Origin: an uncultured Candidatus Saccharibacteria bacterium
GTDB lineage: Bacteria > Patescibacteriota > Minisyncoccia > Phycocordibacterales > UBA2100
DNA length: 64,000 bases
NCBI GenBank assembly: GCA_964586255.1
Contig: CAZPGE010000002.1
Location: 42,065 to 106,064 of the forward strand
Direction of reading: 5' to 3'
Shown here: positions 44,807-54,041 of the stretch, one piece after another
Position numbering within the stretch: position 1 is the first letter of the stretch
How the letters are laid out: every line of letters starts with the position of its first letter
Program-made: the position numbers and the translations under genes
The notes under the pieces: generated by a model
The model's input: only the letters and a program-made list of their open reading frames with translations
Databases searched by the model: none
What the model was told of the DNA's origin: nothing

Positions 44807-45049
44807 ATGGAAAAAGAAATCAACACAGGAAAGACTTTCGAGGGCGTCGTCGTGAAATCGGCGATGAAAGATACTGCTACCGTATCCGTGGAGCGCTACG
44901 TGAAGCATCCGAAGTACAAGAAGTACATGAAGCTTTCCAAGAAATTCCTCGTGCACGATGTGGGTAACACCGCGGAAGTCGGCAGCAAGGTCACCATCAA
45001 AGAAACCCGTCCTATATCGAAGCGAAAGCGCTTCATCATCGTGAAATAA
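44807..45049 (+). CDS. rpsQ: 30S ribosomal protein S17
   Basis: Sequence and synteny. Confidence 0.9.
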   Translation: MEKEINTGKTFEGVVVKSAMKDTATVSVERYVKHPKYKKYMKLSKKFLVHDVGNTAEVGSKVTIKETRPISKRKRFIIVK

Positions 45050-45053
45050 CTAT

Positions 45054-45425
45054 ATGTTGCAAGATAGAAGCATAGTCAAAATAGCGGATAACTCGGGCGG
45101 CCAGATTGGACGCGTGTTCAAAATTCTCGGCGGTTCGAAAAAGCGCTACGCAGAAATAGGCGACGAGGTCGTCCTCTCTATCCAGACCGCTCAGCCTCGC
45201 AAGTCCGTAAAGAAGAAGGATGTGCACCGCGCCGTGGTCGTGCGTCAGAGAAAGCCTTTCCGCCGCAAGGATGGCAGCTACATTCGCTTCGATGAGAATG
45301 CAGTTGTGCTCGTAGAGAAGGACAAGAAGGAGCCAAAGGCAAATCGTGTGTTCGGCCCTATCCCACGCGAAGTCATCGAACGCGGCTATCAGAAAATCGG
45401 CTCGCTTGCGCCGGAAGTCGTGTAG
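45054..45425 (+). CDS. rplN: 50S ribosomal protein L14
   Basis: Sequence and synteny. Confidence 0.95.
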   Translation: MLQDRSIVKIADNSGGQIGRVFKILGGSKKRYAEIGDEVVLSIQTAQPRKSVKKKDVHRAVVVRQRKPFRRKDGSYIRFDENAVVLVEKDKKEPKANRVFGPIPREVIERGYQKIGSLAPEVV

Positions 45426-45438
45426 GTATTTTTTCTAT

Positions 45439-45750
45439 ATGAAACTCAAAAAAGGAGACAAAGTAGTGGTGATAGCGGGTAAGTCCAAAGGTGAGACGGG
45501 CACTATCGCGCGCGTCCTCATCAAGGAAAACCAGGTTCTCATCGACGGCGTAAACCTCGTCAAAAAGCATATGCGCAGGACTCAGCAGAATCGAAAGGGT
45601 CAGATAGTAGAAAAGCCGATGCCGCTCCACGCTTCCAATGTGATGCTCGCTGACCCCAAGGGTGGCAAGCCGACCCGCATCAAGATAGTGCGCGGTAAGG
45701 ACGGCGAGAGGCAGCGCGTAGCGGTAAAGAGCGGAGAGACCCTCAAATAA
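45439..45750 (+). CDS. rplX: 50S ribosomal protein L24 (start MKLKKGDKVVVIAGKSKG)
   Basis: KOW motif. Confidence 0.9.
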   Translation: MKLKKGDKVVVIAGKSKGETGTIARVLIKENQVLIDGVNLVKKHMRRTQQNRKGQIVEKPMPLHASNVMLADPKGGKPTRIKIVRGKDGERQRVAVKSGETLK

Positions 45751-45755
45751 ATCGT

Positions 45756-46289
45756 ATGAACGCAACAGCAACAAAGAAAAACGCAGCATTCGAAGCCCTC
45801 AAAGGTGAGTTTGGCTACACGAGCGACATGCAGACCCCAAAGGTGCAGAAAGTCGTCGTCTCGGTAGGTGTCGGCTCACTCAAAGATAAGAAAAAGGCTG
45901 AGCTCATCGTGGAGCGCCTCAAGCGTATCACCGGTCAGGCTCCCGCAGCGCGTCCTACAAAGAAATCTATCGCCAACTTCAAGACTCGTGTCGGCGACCT
46001 GTCTGGATACCAGGTCACGCTCCGCGGTGCTCGCATGCAGTCTTTCCTCGAAAAGCTCGTGCATGTCGTATTCCCGCGTGTAAAGGACTTCCGTGGAATC
46101 CGCACAACCTCTATCGATGAAATGGGCAACATCTCAATCGGTATCAAGGAGCACACGGTCTTCCCAGAGACCACCGACGAAGACGCAAAGGACGTCTTCG
46201 GGCTCGGTATCAACATCACCACCACCGCAAAGAACAAGAAAGAAGCTGAAGCATTCCTCAAACACATCGGCCTCCCTTTCAAAGCCTAG
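45756..46289 (+). CDS. rplE: 50S ribosomal protein L5
   Basis: Sequence and synteny. Confidence 0.95.
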   Translation: MNATATKKNAAFEALKGEFGYTSDMQTPKVQKVVVSVGVGSLKDKKKAELIVERLKRITGQAPAARPTKKSIANFKTRVGDLSGYQVTLRGARMQSFLEKLVHVVFPRVKDFRGIRTTSIDEMGNISIGIKEHTVFPETTDEDAKDVFGLGINITTTAKNKKEAEAFLKHIGLPFKA

Positions 46290-46425
46290 CTCAAAATACA
46301 CCCCATCTGCTTCGTTGCGGAGCCTCTGCGTCCTCCTCATCGTACGAAAGTACGTCTCGGAGTCCGCTTTCTCCGCGCCTCGCATCTGGGGCATCTTTTG
46401 AAGCCAGGCACGGTAGAATTGCAAT

Positions 46426-47127
46426 ATGGATCAAAAAGAATTTTGGAATAGAGAATACAAGACGAGCGAGCACCTCGCGCTCTCTACCGAATCCTCGGAA
46501 GACTTGGAGAAATTCACTCGCTGGCTTGAGCGGCAGTACAAGAGAGAATTCCTCAATCCGCTCGCCAAAGCGCTCGACCTCGGCTGCGGCAACGGTCGCA
46601 ATCTCATCTACCTCGCCGAGCACTATGGTATCCGGGGCATCGGCTACGACATCTCCGAAGCGGCGATAGACCACGCCGAGGCGGCATCGAAAGACCTCCC
46701 CATCACGTACGAAGCCCGCTCCATCGCGGAGCCGCTCCCGCTTCCCGACAATTCGCAGACAATTGTCCTCGATATGATGACTTCGCATTTCCTCAAGAAG
46801 GCGGAGCGTGAGGCACTTCGCGCAGAAATACTCCGTGTGTTGAAGCCGGGTGGCTGGCTCTTCTTCAAATCATTCCTCGCCGACGAAGACCTCCACACCA
46901 AGCGACTGCTCAAAGAGCACCCGGCCGATGAAGAGGGCGCCTACCTGCACCCCAAGCTCGGTTTCTACGAGTACACATGGACGGAAGAGGGGGTGTACGA
47001 ATTCTTCAAAGAGGATTTCGAGCTGCACAAATTCAACAAATCGCACCGCCACATCAATAGGGGAAAGATAGGCGAAGCCCGCGCCGGCAAACGTCGCACC
47101 TTCTCGGCGTACATCCAGAAGTTTTAG
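46426..47127 (+). CDS. Class I SAM-dependent methyltransferase inserted in the r-protein operon
   Basis: LDLGCGNGRNLIYLAE motif I. ...LKPGGWLFF. Confidence 0.7.
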   Translation: MDQKEFWNREYKTSEHLALSTESSEDLEKFTRWLERQYKREFLNPLAKALDLGCGNGRNLIYLAEHYGIRGIGYDISEAAIDHAEAASKDLPITYEARSIAEPLPLPDNSQTIVLDMMTSHFLKKAEREALRAEILRVLKPGGWLFFKSFLADEDLHTKRLLKEHPADEEGAYLHPKLGFYEYTWTEEGVYEFFKEDFELHKFNKSHRHINRGKIGEARAGKRRTFSAYIQKF

Positions 47128-47130
47128 CGT

Positions 47131-47565
47131 ATGAAGGTGCTTTTTGTCTGTGAAGGAAACGTGGGACGCAGCCAAATGGCGGAAGGTATCTTTCGCGAAC
47201 TTTCGGATGGGGAGTATAAGGCATTCTCTGCTGGGACGCTCGTAATACAGGGTGACGACCACAGTCGCGTGGGCAAGAAGCTTGGCGATACCGTCGGAGC
47301 TGAGAATGTGCTCGCTGTTTTGAAAGAAATTGGAATTGACGCGTCGGAATACGTGCGAAAACCTGTCACGCAAGAACTCGTCGAGACTGCCGATAAGGTG
47401 GTGGTCATGGCTACGGAAGCAACGGTCCCTGAATATTTGAAAGAGAGTCAGAAGGCAATCTTCTGGGATGTGGCGGACCCCTTTGAGCAATCGGTCGAAT
47501 GTACACGCGACATCCGCAACCAAATCCTGGTTCAAATAGAAGAGCTTGTCACGTCGATGAAATAA
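47131..47565 (+). CDS. Low-molecular-weight protein-tyrosine phosphatase/ArsC-like
   Basis: P-loop VCEGNVGRSQMAE (CX5R). Confidence 0.7.
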   Translation: MKVLFVCEGNVGRSQMAEGIFRELSDGEYKAFSAGTLVIQGDDHSRVGKKLGDTVGAENVLAVLKEIGIDASEYVRKPVTQELVETADKVVVMATEATVPEYLKESQKAIFWDVADPFEQSVECTRDIRNQILVQIEELVTSMK

Positions 47566-47569
47566 TTGA

Positions 47570-47592
47570 ACGACCGCCATGAAGGCGGTCGT
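47570..47592. terminator. Perfect hairpin CGACCGCC-atgaa-GGCGGTCG between convergent genes
   Basis: Direct inspection. Confidence 0.5.
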
Positions 47593-47616
47593 CGAGTAGT
47601 GGCGCTGGCGATATCG

Positions 47617-47928
47617 TCAGCCGATGTAGGTCTGCGGAGCTCGTGATTTCTTCACTGAGGCGTAGATTTTCCGATAGAGCGTCGAGCGGCTAATGCCGAG
47701 AGATCGGGAAGAAGCCGACAGACATCCATTGTGGTGCTCGACGTGGAAGCGAATCACATCGTCCACGACCTCCTCGATGGACTTCAGTTCGCCCTCGTCG
47801 TCGAGAAGGTGGACAGTCGGCGGAAGTGCGGGCAACTCAATGCACTCAAATGCATCGGGAAGGGGATGGTGCTGGTAGCGCATGGGCAGTCCTCCTGGCT
47901 GCCGACATCCTAATACGGATGGGACCAT
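47617..47928 (-). CDS. Small Fis-type HTH DNA-binding protein
   Basis: C-terminal ...LGISRSTLYRKI resembles the Fis/NtrC-type HTH. Confidence 0.45.
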   Translation of the reverse strand: MVPSVLGCRQPGGLPMRYQHHPLPDAFECIELPALPPTVHLLDDEGELKSIEEVVDDVIRFHVEHHNGCLSASSRSLGISRSTLYRKIYASVKKSRAPQTYIG

Positions 47929-48150
47929 GAAGCCATCGATGTTTGACTTTGGGGAGTATCTCGCCTATATTGTGCAGGCCTCGCAGGGGGCCTTGTTTTT
48001 TAGAGTGATTCCGACCTATGGGTAGGAATATCGCAAGAACAGAGGCCACGCCCGCCGTCGCTAAAGCTAAGGCGGGCAAGCAGGGAAACGATAACCAGGA
48101 TCGAAAGGTCAGGTGCACGTTCCCAGCTACTCCTTTCCGGGCATTCATTC

Positions 48151-48336
48151 ATGGCAAAGAAATCAATGATAGTGAAGGCAAACCGCACCCCGAAGTTCAA
48201 ATCTCGGGTTGTTCGTCGTTGCTTCAAGTGCGGCCGCCCACGTGGCTTCATGCGTGATTTCAACCTGTGCCGCATTTGCTTCCGCGAGGAGGCTCTTGAG
48301 GGCAACATCCCGGGTATTAAGAAGTCATCTTGGTAA
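48151..48336 (+). CDS. rpsZ: 30S ribosomal protein S14 type Z (zinc-binding)
   Basis: 61 aa. CFKCG...CRIC. Confidence 0.9.
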   Translation: MAKKSMIVKANRTPKFKSRVVRRCFKCGRPRGFMRDFNLCRICFREEALEGNIPGIKKSSW

Positions 48337-48340
48337 TTCT

Positions 48341-48736
48341 ATGGTAAATGACCCTGTCGGTGACCTCATAAATCGTCTCAAGAACGCTGGTGCAGTGAAG
48401 CACGCGAGCGTGTCTGTTCCGTTTTCCAACTTCAAGCTCGCCATCGCAGAGAAGCTCAAGGAGGCTGGCTATGTGACGGCGGTGGAGAAGAAGGGCAAGA
48501 AGGTCAAGAAGACTCTCGATATCGTCATCAAGTACACGGAAGCAGGGAAGCCTGTTATCCAAGGCGTGAAGCGCATCTCGAAGCCTGGTCGCCGACTCTA
48601 CAAGAGCGTGCACGACATCACTTCGGTCAAATACGGTCACGGCGCACTCATGCTCTCGACACCGAGCGGCATCAAAACAGATAAAGAAGCTCGCAAAGAG
48701 CGCCTCGGAGGGGAAGCCCTCTTTGAGATTTGGTAA
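48341..48736 (+). CDS. rpsH: 30S ribosomal protein S8
   Basis: Start MVNDPVGDLINRLKNA. Confidence 0.92.
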   Translation: MVNDPVGDLINRLKNAGAVKHASVSVPFSNFKLAIAEKLKEAGYVTAVEKKGKKVKKTLDIVIKYTEAGKPVIQGVKRISKPGRRLYKSVHDITSVKYGHGALMLSTPSGIKTDKEARKERLGGEALFEIW

Positions 48737-48741
48737 TTCAT

Positions 48742-49278
48742 ATGTCACGCACTGGAAAAAGAGACATACAGGTACCCGCTGGCACAGAGATTAAGATCTC
48801 GGGCGGTGAGCTTACCGTAAAGGGTAAGAACGCTACGCTCGTGCGCGCGATGCATCCTGCAGTCGAGATTACCGTCGATGGCACTGTTGCGAAGGTCTCA
48901 CCAAAGAACAACACGCGACTCGCGAAAGCTCTCTGGGGCACGTACGCAGCACACCTCCGCAACATGATTTCCGGTGTGAATACTCCGTTTGTGAAGAAGC
49001 TCCAGGTAGAAGGTATCGGCTACAAGGCTGAAATGGCCGGCAAGCAGGTAAAGCTCATCGTCGGCTACTCGCACCCGGTCTTCGTGGATATCCCGGAGGG
49101 ACTCACCGTTGTTATCGAGAAGAACATCATCACGATTTCTGGTGCAGACAAAGAAGTTCTCGGAGAATTTGCAGCGACAGTCCGCGCCGTGAGGAAGCCT
49201 GAGCCGTACAAGGGCAAAGGTATCCGCTACGAGGGCGAGGTCGTCCGCATGAAGCAGGGTAAGAAGGTCGCCGCATAA
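48742..49278 (+). CDS. rplF: 50S ribosomal protein L6
   Basis: Sequence and synteny. Confidence 0.92.
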   Translation: MSRTGKRDIQVPAGTEIKISGGELTVKGKNATLVRAMHPAVEITVDGTVAKVSPKNNTRLAKALWGTYAAHLRNMISGVNTPFVKKLQVEGIGYKAEMAGKQVKLIVGYSHPVFVDIPEGLTVVIEKNIITISGADKEVLGEFAATVRAVRKPEPYKGKGIRYEGEVVRMKQGKKVAA

Positions 49279-49283
49279 AGCGT

Positions 49284-49631
49284 ATGAATACACCAAACAA
49301 ACAAGCAGCACGTCAGGTTCGCCATCGCCGCGTTCGCGCGAAGGTCGTCGGCACAGAAGCGCGTCCGCGTCTCTGCATCTACCGCTCCAACACCCGCATC
49401 ACCGCGCAGATAATCGACGACGGCAAGGGTGTGACGCTCGCCGCAGTCTCTTCGTCTGAGGAAAAGGGAAAGACGCCGCGCGAGAGGGCAGAGCAGGCAG
49501 CAGGCACGCTCGCAAAGCGCGCCGGTGAGAAAGGAGTCAAGGCCGTGGTCTTCGATCGAGGAGGCTTCCAGTACATTGGTACGGTAAAGGCTTTTGCCGA
49601 TGCCGCACGCGCTGCAGGACTCGAATTTTAA
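49284..49631 (+). CDS. rplR: 50S ribosomal protein L18
   Basis: Sequence and synteny. Confidence 0.9.
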   Translation: MNTPNKQAARQVRHRRVRAKVVGTEARPRLCIYRSNTRITAQIIDDGKGVTLAAVSSSEEKGKTPRERAEQAAGTLAKRAGEKGVKAVVFDRGGFQYIGTVKAFADAARAAGLEF

Positions 49632-49635
49632 TTAT

Positions 49636-50262
49636 ATGACTGATACTAACGAAACGAATATGGAGCAGGTCATCGCTACAGACGCACCGGCCGCCCTCGC
49701 TGTTGCGGCACCCGCAGAAGCAGCACGCCCTCAGCGCCGTGCTTCCGACAGAGACCGTCGCGGAGGTGGTGGTCAGCGCGGTGGCCAAAGGGGCCGCGGT
49801 CCGCAGCGCGACGAACGCCGCTCCGAATTTGATTCAAAGATGATTGGTATCCGCCGCGTCGCCCGTGTCATGGCAGGAGGCCGTCGCTTCAATTTCTCGG
49901 CAGCACTCGTGCTTGGCGACAAAAAGGGTCGTGTCGGTGTGGGAGTAGGGAAAGCTGCAGACACCGCGCTCGCTATCGAGAAGGCGACACGTCACGCAAA
50001 GCGTCACATGATACAGCTCAATCTCACCAAAAATCGCTCAATCGCACACAACGTCGAAGCCAAATACTGCGCGTCCGTCGTCGAGATTCGCCCTTCACCG
50101 GGTCGCGGTCTCGTCGCAGGTTCCTCTGTGCGCACCGTGCTTGAGCTCGCAGGCGTCTCCGACGTCACGGCCAAGCTCCTCTCTCGCAGCAAGAATCCGA
50201 TAAACAACGCACGCGCTGCAATCGCAGCATTGCAAAGTGTTTCCGGCTCAAAGAAGAAATAA
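49636..50262 (+). CDS. rpsE: 30S ribosomal protein S5 with Arg/Gly-rich N-terminal extension
   Basis: ...MIGIRRVARVMAGGRRFNFSALVLGDKKG... Confidence 0.92.
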   Translation: MTDTNETNMEQVIATDAPAALAVAAPAEAARPQRRASDRDRRGGGGQRGGQRGRGPQRDERRSEFDSKMIGIRRVARVMAGGRRFNFSAALVLGDKKGRVGVGVGKAADTALAIEKATRHAKRHMIQLNLTKNRSIAHNVEAKYCASVVEIRPSPGRGLVAGSSVRTVLELAGVSDVTAKLLSRSKNPINNARAAIAALQSVSGSKKK

Positions 50263-50263
50263 T

Positions 50264-50770
50264 ATGGCTACTCTCAACATACTCAAGCGAACAGGGAAGC
50301 GTCCGTATCGCCGCGTAGGCAGGGGTCAGTCTTCGACACGCGGCAAGCAGTCGGGTCGCGGAGGCAAGGGCCAGACAGCGCGCGCCGGTAACAAGCGCCG
50401 CCCTGAAATGCGCGACATCATCAAGAAGCTCCCGAAGCGCCGCGGATACGGCAAGAACCGTGCGCACACGGTCAAATCCATGCAGCGCGTAATCGTCGCG
50501 GTATCACTCACGAAGCTCGACAAATACTTTGATAGCGGAGCCGAGGTATCTCGCACGGCACTCATTGCTTCCGGTCTCATCGGACGCCGCGACGGCGCCA
50601 AGATAGTGGGAGGAGAGAGCTCGAAGAAGTTCACCATCAAGGACTGCGCCGTTACCGCATCCGCGAAATCCGCGATAGAGAAATCTGGCGGAAGCATTGT
50701 CGCATCTGCACCTAAGGAGAAGAAAGCTCCAAAGCCGAAGAAAGAGGCCAAAAAGGCCAAGAAAGCCTAA
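50264..50770 (+). CDS. rplO: 50S ribosomal protein L15 (directly follows rpsE; no L30 gene)
   Basis: MATLNILKRTGKRPYRRVGRGQSS... Confidence 0.9.
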   Translation: MATLNILKRTGKRPYRRVGRGQSSTRGKQSGRGGKGQTARAGNKRRPEMRDIIKKLPKRRGYGKNRAHTVKSMQRVIVAVSLTKLDKYFDSGAEVSRTALIASGLIGRRDGAKIVGGESSKKFTIKDCAVTASAKSAIEKSGGSIVASAPKEKKAPKPKKEAKKAKKA

Positions 50771-50779
50771 CAAACCCGT

Positions 50780-52054
50780 ATGTTTGAAACATTCTTGAGG
50801 AAAACAAAGCTCGTCTTCGGAGACGAGACGTTGCGCAAGCGCATTCTATTTGTACTCGGCGCGCTCGTCGTCTTCCGACTCCTTGCAGCTATTCCTATAC
50901 CGGGTGTTAGCATCGCGTCTCTTGAGGCGCTTCTCGCCAACAATCAATTCCTCGGTCTTCTCAACATCTTCTCGGGAGGTGGTTTCTCAAATCTCTCGAT
51001 AGTGATGCTCGGCGTCGGTCCGTACATCACTGCATCCATTGTGATGCAACTCATGACCGTGCTTATCCCGAAGCTCAAAGAGATGTACCAGGAAGAGGGA
51101 GACGCGGGTCGTCAGCGCTTTGCGATGTACTCTCGCTACCTCACCATACCGCTCGCATTCATTCAGGCGTTCGGTTTCTTGCTTCTCCTCCAGCAAAATG
51201 GCATCGTCCCTGCGCTCACGCCGCTCGGATTTGCGACCAACATGGTCGTCATTGCTGCTGGCTCGATACTCCTCATGTGGATAGGCGAGCTCATCACGGA
51301 ATTCGGTGTTGGCAACGGTGTGTCGCTCATCATCTTTGCGGGTATCGTGTCCGCCATTCCCTCGCAGATTGCGCAGGCGCTCTTCGCCTTCGACATCTCA
51401 CAGCTCCCGACCTACATCGGCTTCATCGCCGCAGCCCTCGTCATCATGGCCGGCGTGGTATTTATCACTGAGTCTGAGCGTCCGATACCTGTGACCTATG
51501 CGCGCCGTGTCCGCGGCAACAAAGTCCTCGGTGGTATCTCCACGTACTTGCCGCTCCGCGTAAACCAGGCGGGTGTCATGCCAATCATCTTCGCGCTCTC
51601 GTTCCTGCTCTTCCCGCAGATGATTGCCACATTCCTCGCTCAGTCGAGTGTTGCGTGGCTCTCCAGCGGCGCGACCGCAGTCGTCAATGGACTCGCGAAT
51701 CAGTGGGTGTACGGCTCGCTCTACTTCTTCCTCGTCGTCATCTTCACGTACTTCTACACCGCGATTACGTTTGAGCCGCACCAGATTGCGAAGAACCTGC
51801 AGAAGAACGGCGCGTTTATCCCTGGTGTCCGACCGGGAGGCACGACCTCTGAGTACTTGGGCAACATCATCACGCGCATCACACTCGTCGGCGCACTTTT
51901 CCTCGGCTTCCTTGCGGTGCTTCCGATAATCCTCCAGGGAATCACAGGCATCACTGCGCTCACCATAGGTGGCACCGCGCTCCTCATCGTCGTCTCAGTC
52001 GTGCTCGACTTGGTTAAGAAAGTCGACGCGCAAACGTCCATCCGCGAGTACTAA
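50780..52054 (+). CDS. secY: Preprotein translocase SecY
   Basis: 10-TM protein. Synteny. Confidence 0.95.
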   Translation: MFETFLRKTKLVFGDETLRKRILFVLGALVVFRLLAAIPIPGVSIASLEALLANNQFLGLLNIFSGGGFSNLSIVMLGVGPYITASIVMQLMTVLIPKLKEMYQEEGDAGRQRFAMYSRYLTIPLAFIQAFGFLLLLQQNGIVPALTPLGFATNMVVIAAGSILLMWIGELITEFGVGNGVSLIIFAGIVSAIPSQIAQALFAFDISQLPTYIGFIAAALVIMAGVVFITESERPIPVTYARRVRGNKVLGGISTYLPLRVNQAGVMPIIFALSFLLFPQMIATFLAQSSVAWLSSGATAVVNGLANQWVYGSLYFFLVVIFTYFYTAITFEPHQIAKNLQKNGAFIPGVRPGGTTSEYLGNIITRITLVGALFLGFLAVLPIILQGITGITALTIGGTALLIVVSVVLDLVKKVDAQTSIREY

Positions 52055-52112
52055 ACAAAGAAGCCTCTCTAGGGGCTTCTTTGTTTAGCAGGGAAGTGAT
52101 ACATTTCGCACA

Positions 52113-52694
52113 ATGTCTAAACAAGTAATCGTAATCGCAGGTCCAAGTGGAAGCGGCAAGAATGCAATCATCAGCAAGATTCTCGAGCGCTACCATAACG
52201 GCGTGCGACTCGTGACGGCGACCACGCGCGTGATGCGTCCGGGCGAAGTCGACGGTGTCGATTACCATTTCTTTACGCAGGAGCGGTTCGACCAAGAGCT
52301 CTCAGCGGGACACATCCCAGAGCACCGCTTCGTGCCAGCGCTTGGTACGTATTACGGCATCTACACACCCGATCTCGATAAACACATCAAGGCGGGGAAA
52401 ATAGTGTACGCCCAGGTCGACATCGAAGGTGCCCGCTTGCTCAAGGAGCGGTACAGTGCGACGACGATATTCATCATGCCTGAATCCATCGAGCAATTTC
52501 GTGGTCGGTTGCGCTCCAGAAATCCAGAGTGGTCTCAAAAAGAGCTCGATGCGCGCATGAAAATCACCGAAAACGAACTCCGTGTGCATGCGCCGGAGTA
52601 CGACTACCGCGTTGTGAATGCGGACGGTAAGCTCAGTGAGACCATCGACGATGTCATAGAAATAATGCGCAAGGAGGGCTATACTCTCTCGTAA
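52113..52694 (+). CDS. gmk: Guanylate kinase
   Basis: GPSGSGK P-loop plus TTRVMRPGEVDGVDYHF signature. Confidence 0.7.
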   Translation: MSKQVIVIAGPSGSGKNAIISKILERYHNGVRLVTATTRVMRPGEVDGVDYHFFTQERFDQELSAGHIPEHRFVPALGTYYGIYTPDLDKHIKAGKIVYAQVDIEGARLLKERYSATTIFIMPESIEQFRGRLRSRNPEWSQKELDARMKITENELRVHAPEYDYRVVNADGKLSETIDDVIEIMRKEGYTLS

Positions 52695-52697
52695 TAT

Positions 52698-53291
52698 ATG
52701 GAGCCCCTTACTGTTGCATTCTTTGGTATATCCGGCTCAGGCAAAGGCACACAAGCCGAGCTTTTGGAGAAATATTTGAAAGAGAGCGATGCCGCGCACG
52801 GCGTCGTCCGCCCCGAGATGGGGAATCTGCTTCGCGGGTTTATGCAGAGCGGTACGTCGCTCGCACAAAAGACTGGGGAGATAGTGTCTTCAGGTGGGCT
52901 CGTACCATCGTTCATGCCGATATATTTGCTCACGGGCATGCTCAACGAATCTTTCGACGGTGGCCAGCATGTGATCCTCGACGGCACCTGCCGCAGACCC
53001 GATCAGTCGCGTGCAGCCGATGACATGATGCGTCTGTGGGGCCGCACAAATCTTCACGTACTCTCTCTTGAGCTCACGCCGGCAAGTGCCAAAGAGCGCC
53101 TTATTGCCCGAGGACGCGCCGACGATGCAAAAGACGAAGCCATCGCCAATAGATTTGCATGGTACGAAGAGTACGTGGTCCCCGCTATGAAGACGCTCGA
53201 AGAGTGCGGATGGGCAATTCACCGTATCGACGGTGAGCCAGATGTAGAGACCATTCATCAAAATATTCTCACCACACTTAAGCTCACATGA
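52698..53291 (+). CDS. adk: Adenylate kinase (short form, no lid zinc motif)
   Basis: GISGSGKGTQA. Position after secY. Confidence 0.72.
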   Translation: MEPLTVAFFGISGSGKGTQAELLEKYLKESDAAHGVVRPEMGNLLRGFMQSGTSLAQKTGEIVSSGGLVPSFMPIYLLTGMLNESFDGGQHVILDGTCRRPDQSRAADDMMRLWGRTNLHVLSLELTPASAKERLIARGRADDAKDEAIANRFAWYEEYVVPAMKTLEECGWAIHRIDGEPDVETIHQNILTTLKLT

Positions 53292-54040
53292 TTGCACGCA
53301 CGCAGGAAGAGATAGAGATACTGCGCGAAGGTGGCAGGCGGCTCGCACGCCATGTGCGCATACTCTCAGAGATGGTGAAGCCTGGAGTAACGGGCGAGGA
53401 GCTTGAGGCAAAAGCGAGAGAGATGGTAGAGGCAGACGGCGACATCATGGCATTTCACGGCTACGGGAAATTTCCTTCGGGCCTCTGCCTCTCGGTCAAC
53501 GATGTCATCGTACATTCTCCTGCTGGCCAAAATGGTTCGGTCATACAAGACGGCGACGTGGTCTGCCTCGATTTTGGTATTAAACACAGAGGTCTCTACA
53601 CAGACCATGCGGTCACGGTGATTGCGGGAGAAGCGCAGAGCAAAGACGACAAACGGCTGGTGCACGGGGTTTTTGAAGCGCTCGCACTCGGTATCGCGCA
53701 GGCGCGCGTAGGTAACACTACGGGCGATATCGGCTATGCGGTGGAGCGTTATGCGAAAAAAGAAGGCTTCGGCTATCCGAAGAATCTCTCCGGACACGGC
53801 GTCGGCAAGAAGGTTCACGAAGAACCGCATGTACCCAATTTCGGCGCGCCGAAAAGCGGCGAGAAGCTTGTAGAGGGTCTCGTTATCGCAATTGAGCCGA
53901 TGTTCACGCTCGGAAGCGGGGAGCTCTATGTCGACAAAGATGGTCACTCATACCGGACAAAAGACGGCTCAAGAAGCGCGCATGCTGAGCACACAGTCAT
54001 CGTCACAAAGGACGGTCCGGAAATAATCACCAAAGAGTAA
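53288..54040 (+). CDS. map: Methionine aminopeptidase type I
   Basis: Pita-bread fold residues. Synteny. Confidence 0.93.
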   Translation: MIARTQEEIEILREGGRRLARHVRILSEMVKPGVTGEELEAKAREMVEADGDIMAFHGYGKFPSGLCLSVNDVIVHSPAGQNGSVIQDGDVVCLDFGIKHRGLYTDHAVTVIAGEAQSKDDKRLVHGVFEALALGIAQARVGNTTGDIGYAVERYAKKEGFGYPKNLSGHGVGKKVHEEPHVPNFGAPKSGEKLVEGLVIAIEPMFTLGSGELYVDKDGHSYRTKDGSRSAHAEHTVIVTKDGPEIITKE

Positions 54041-54041
54041 T

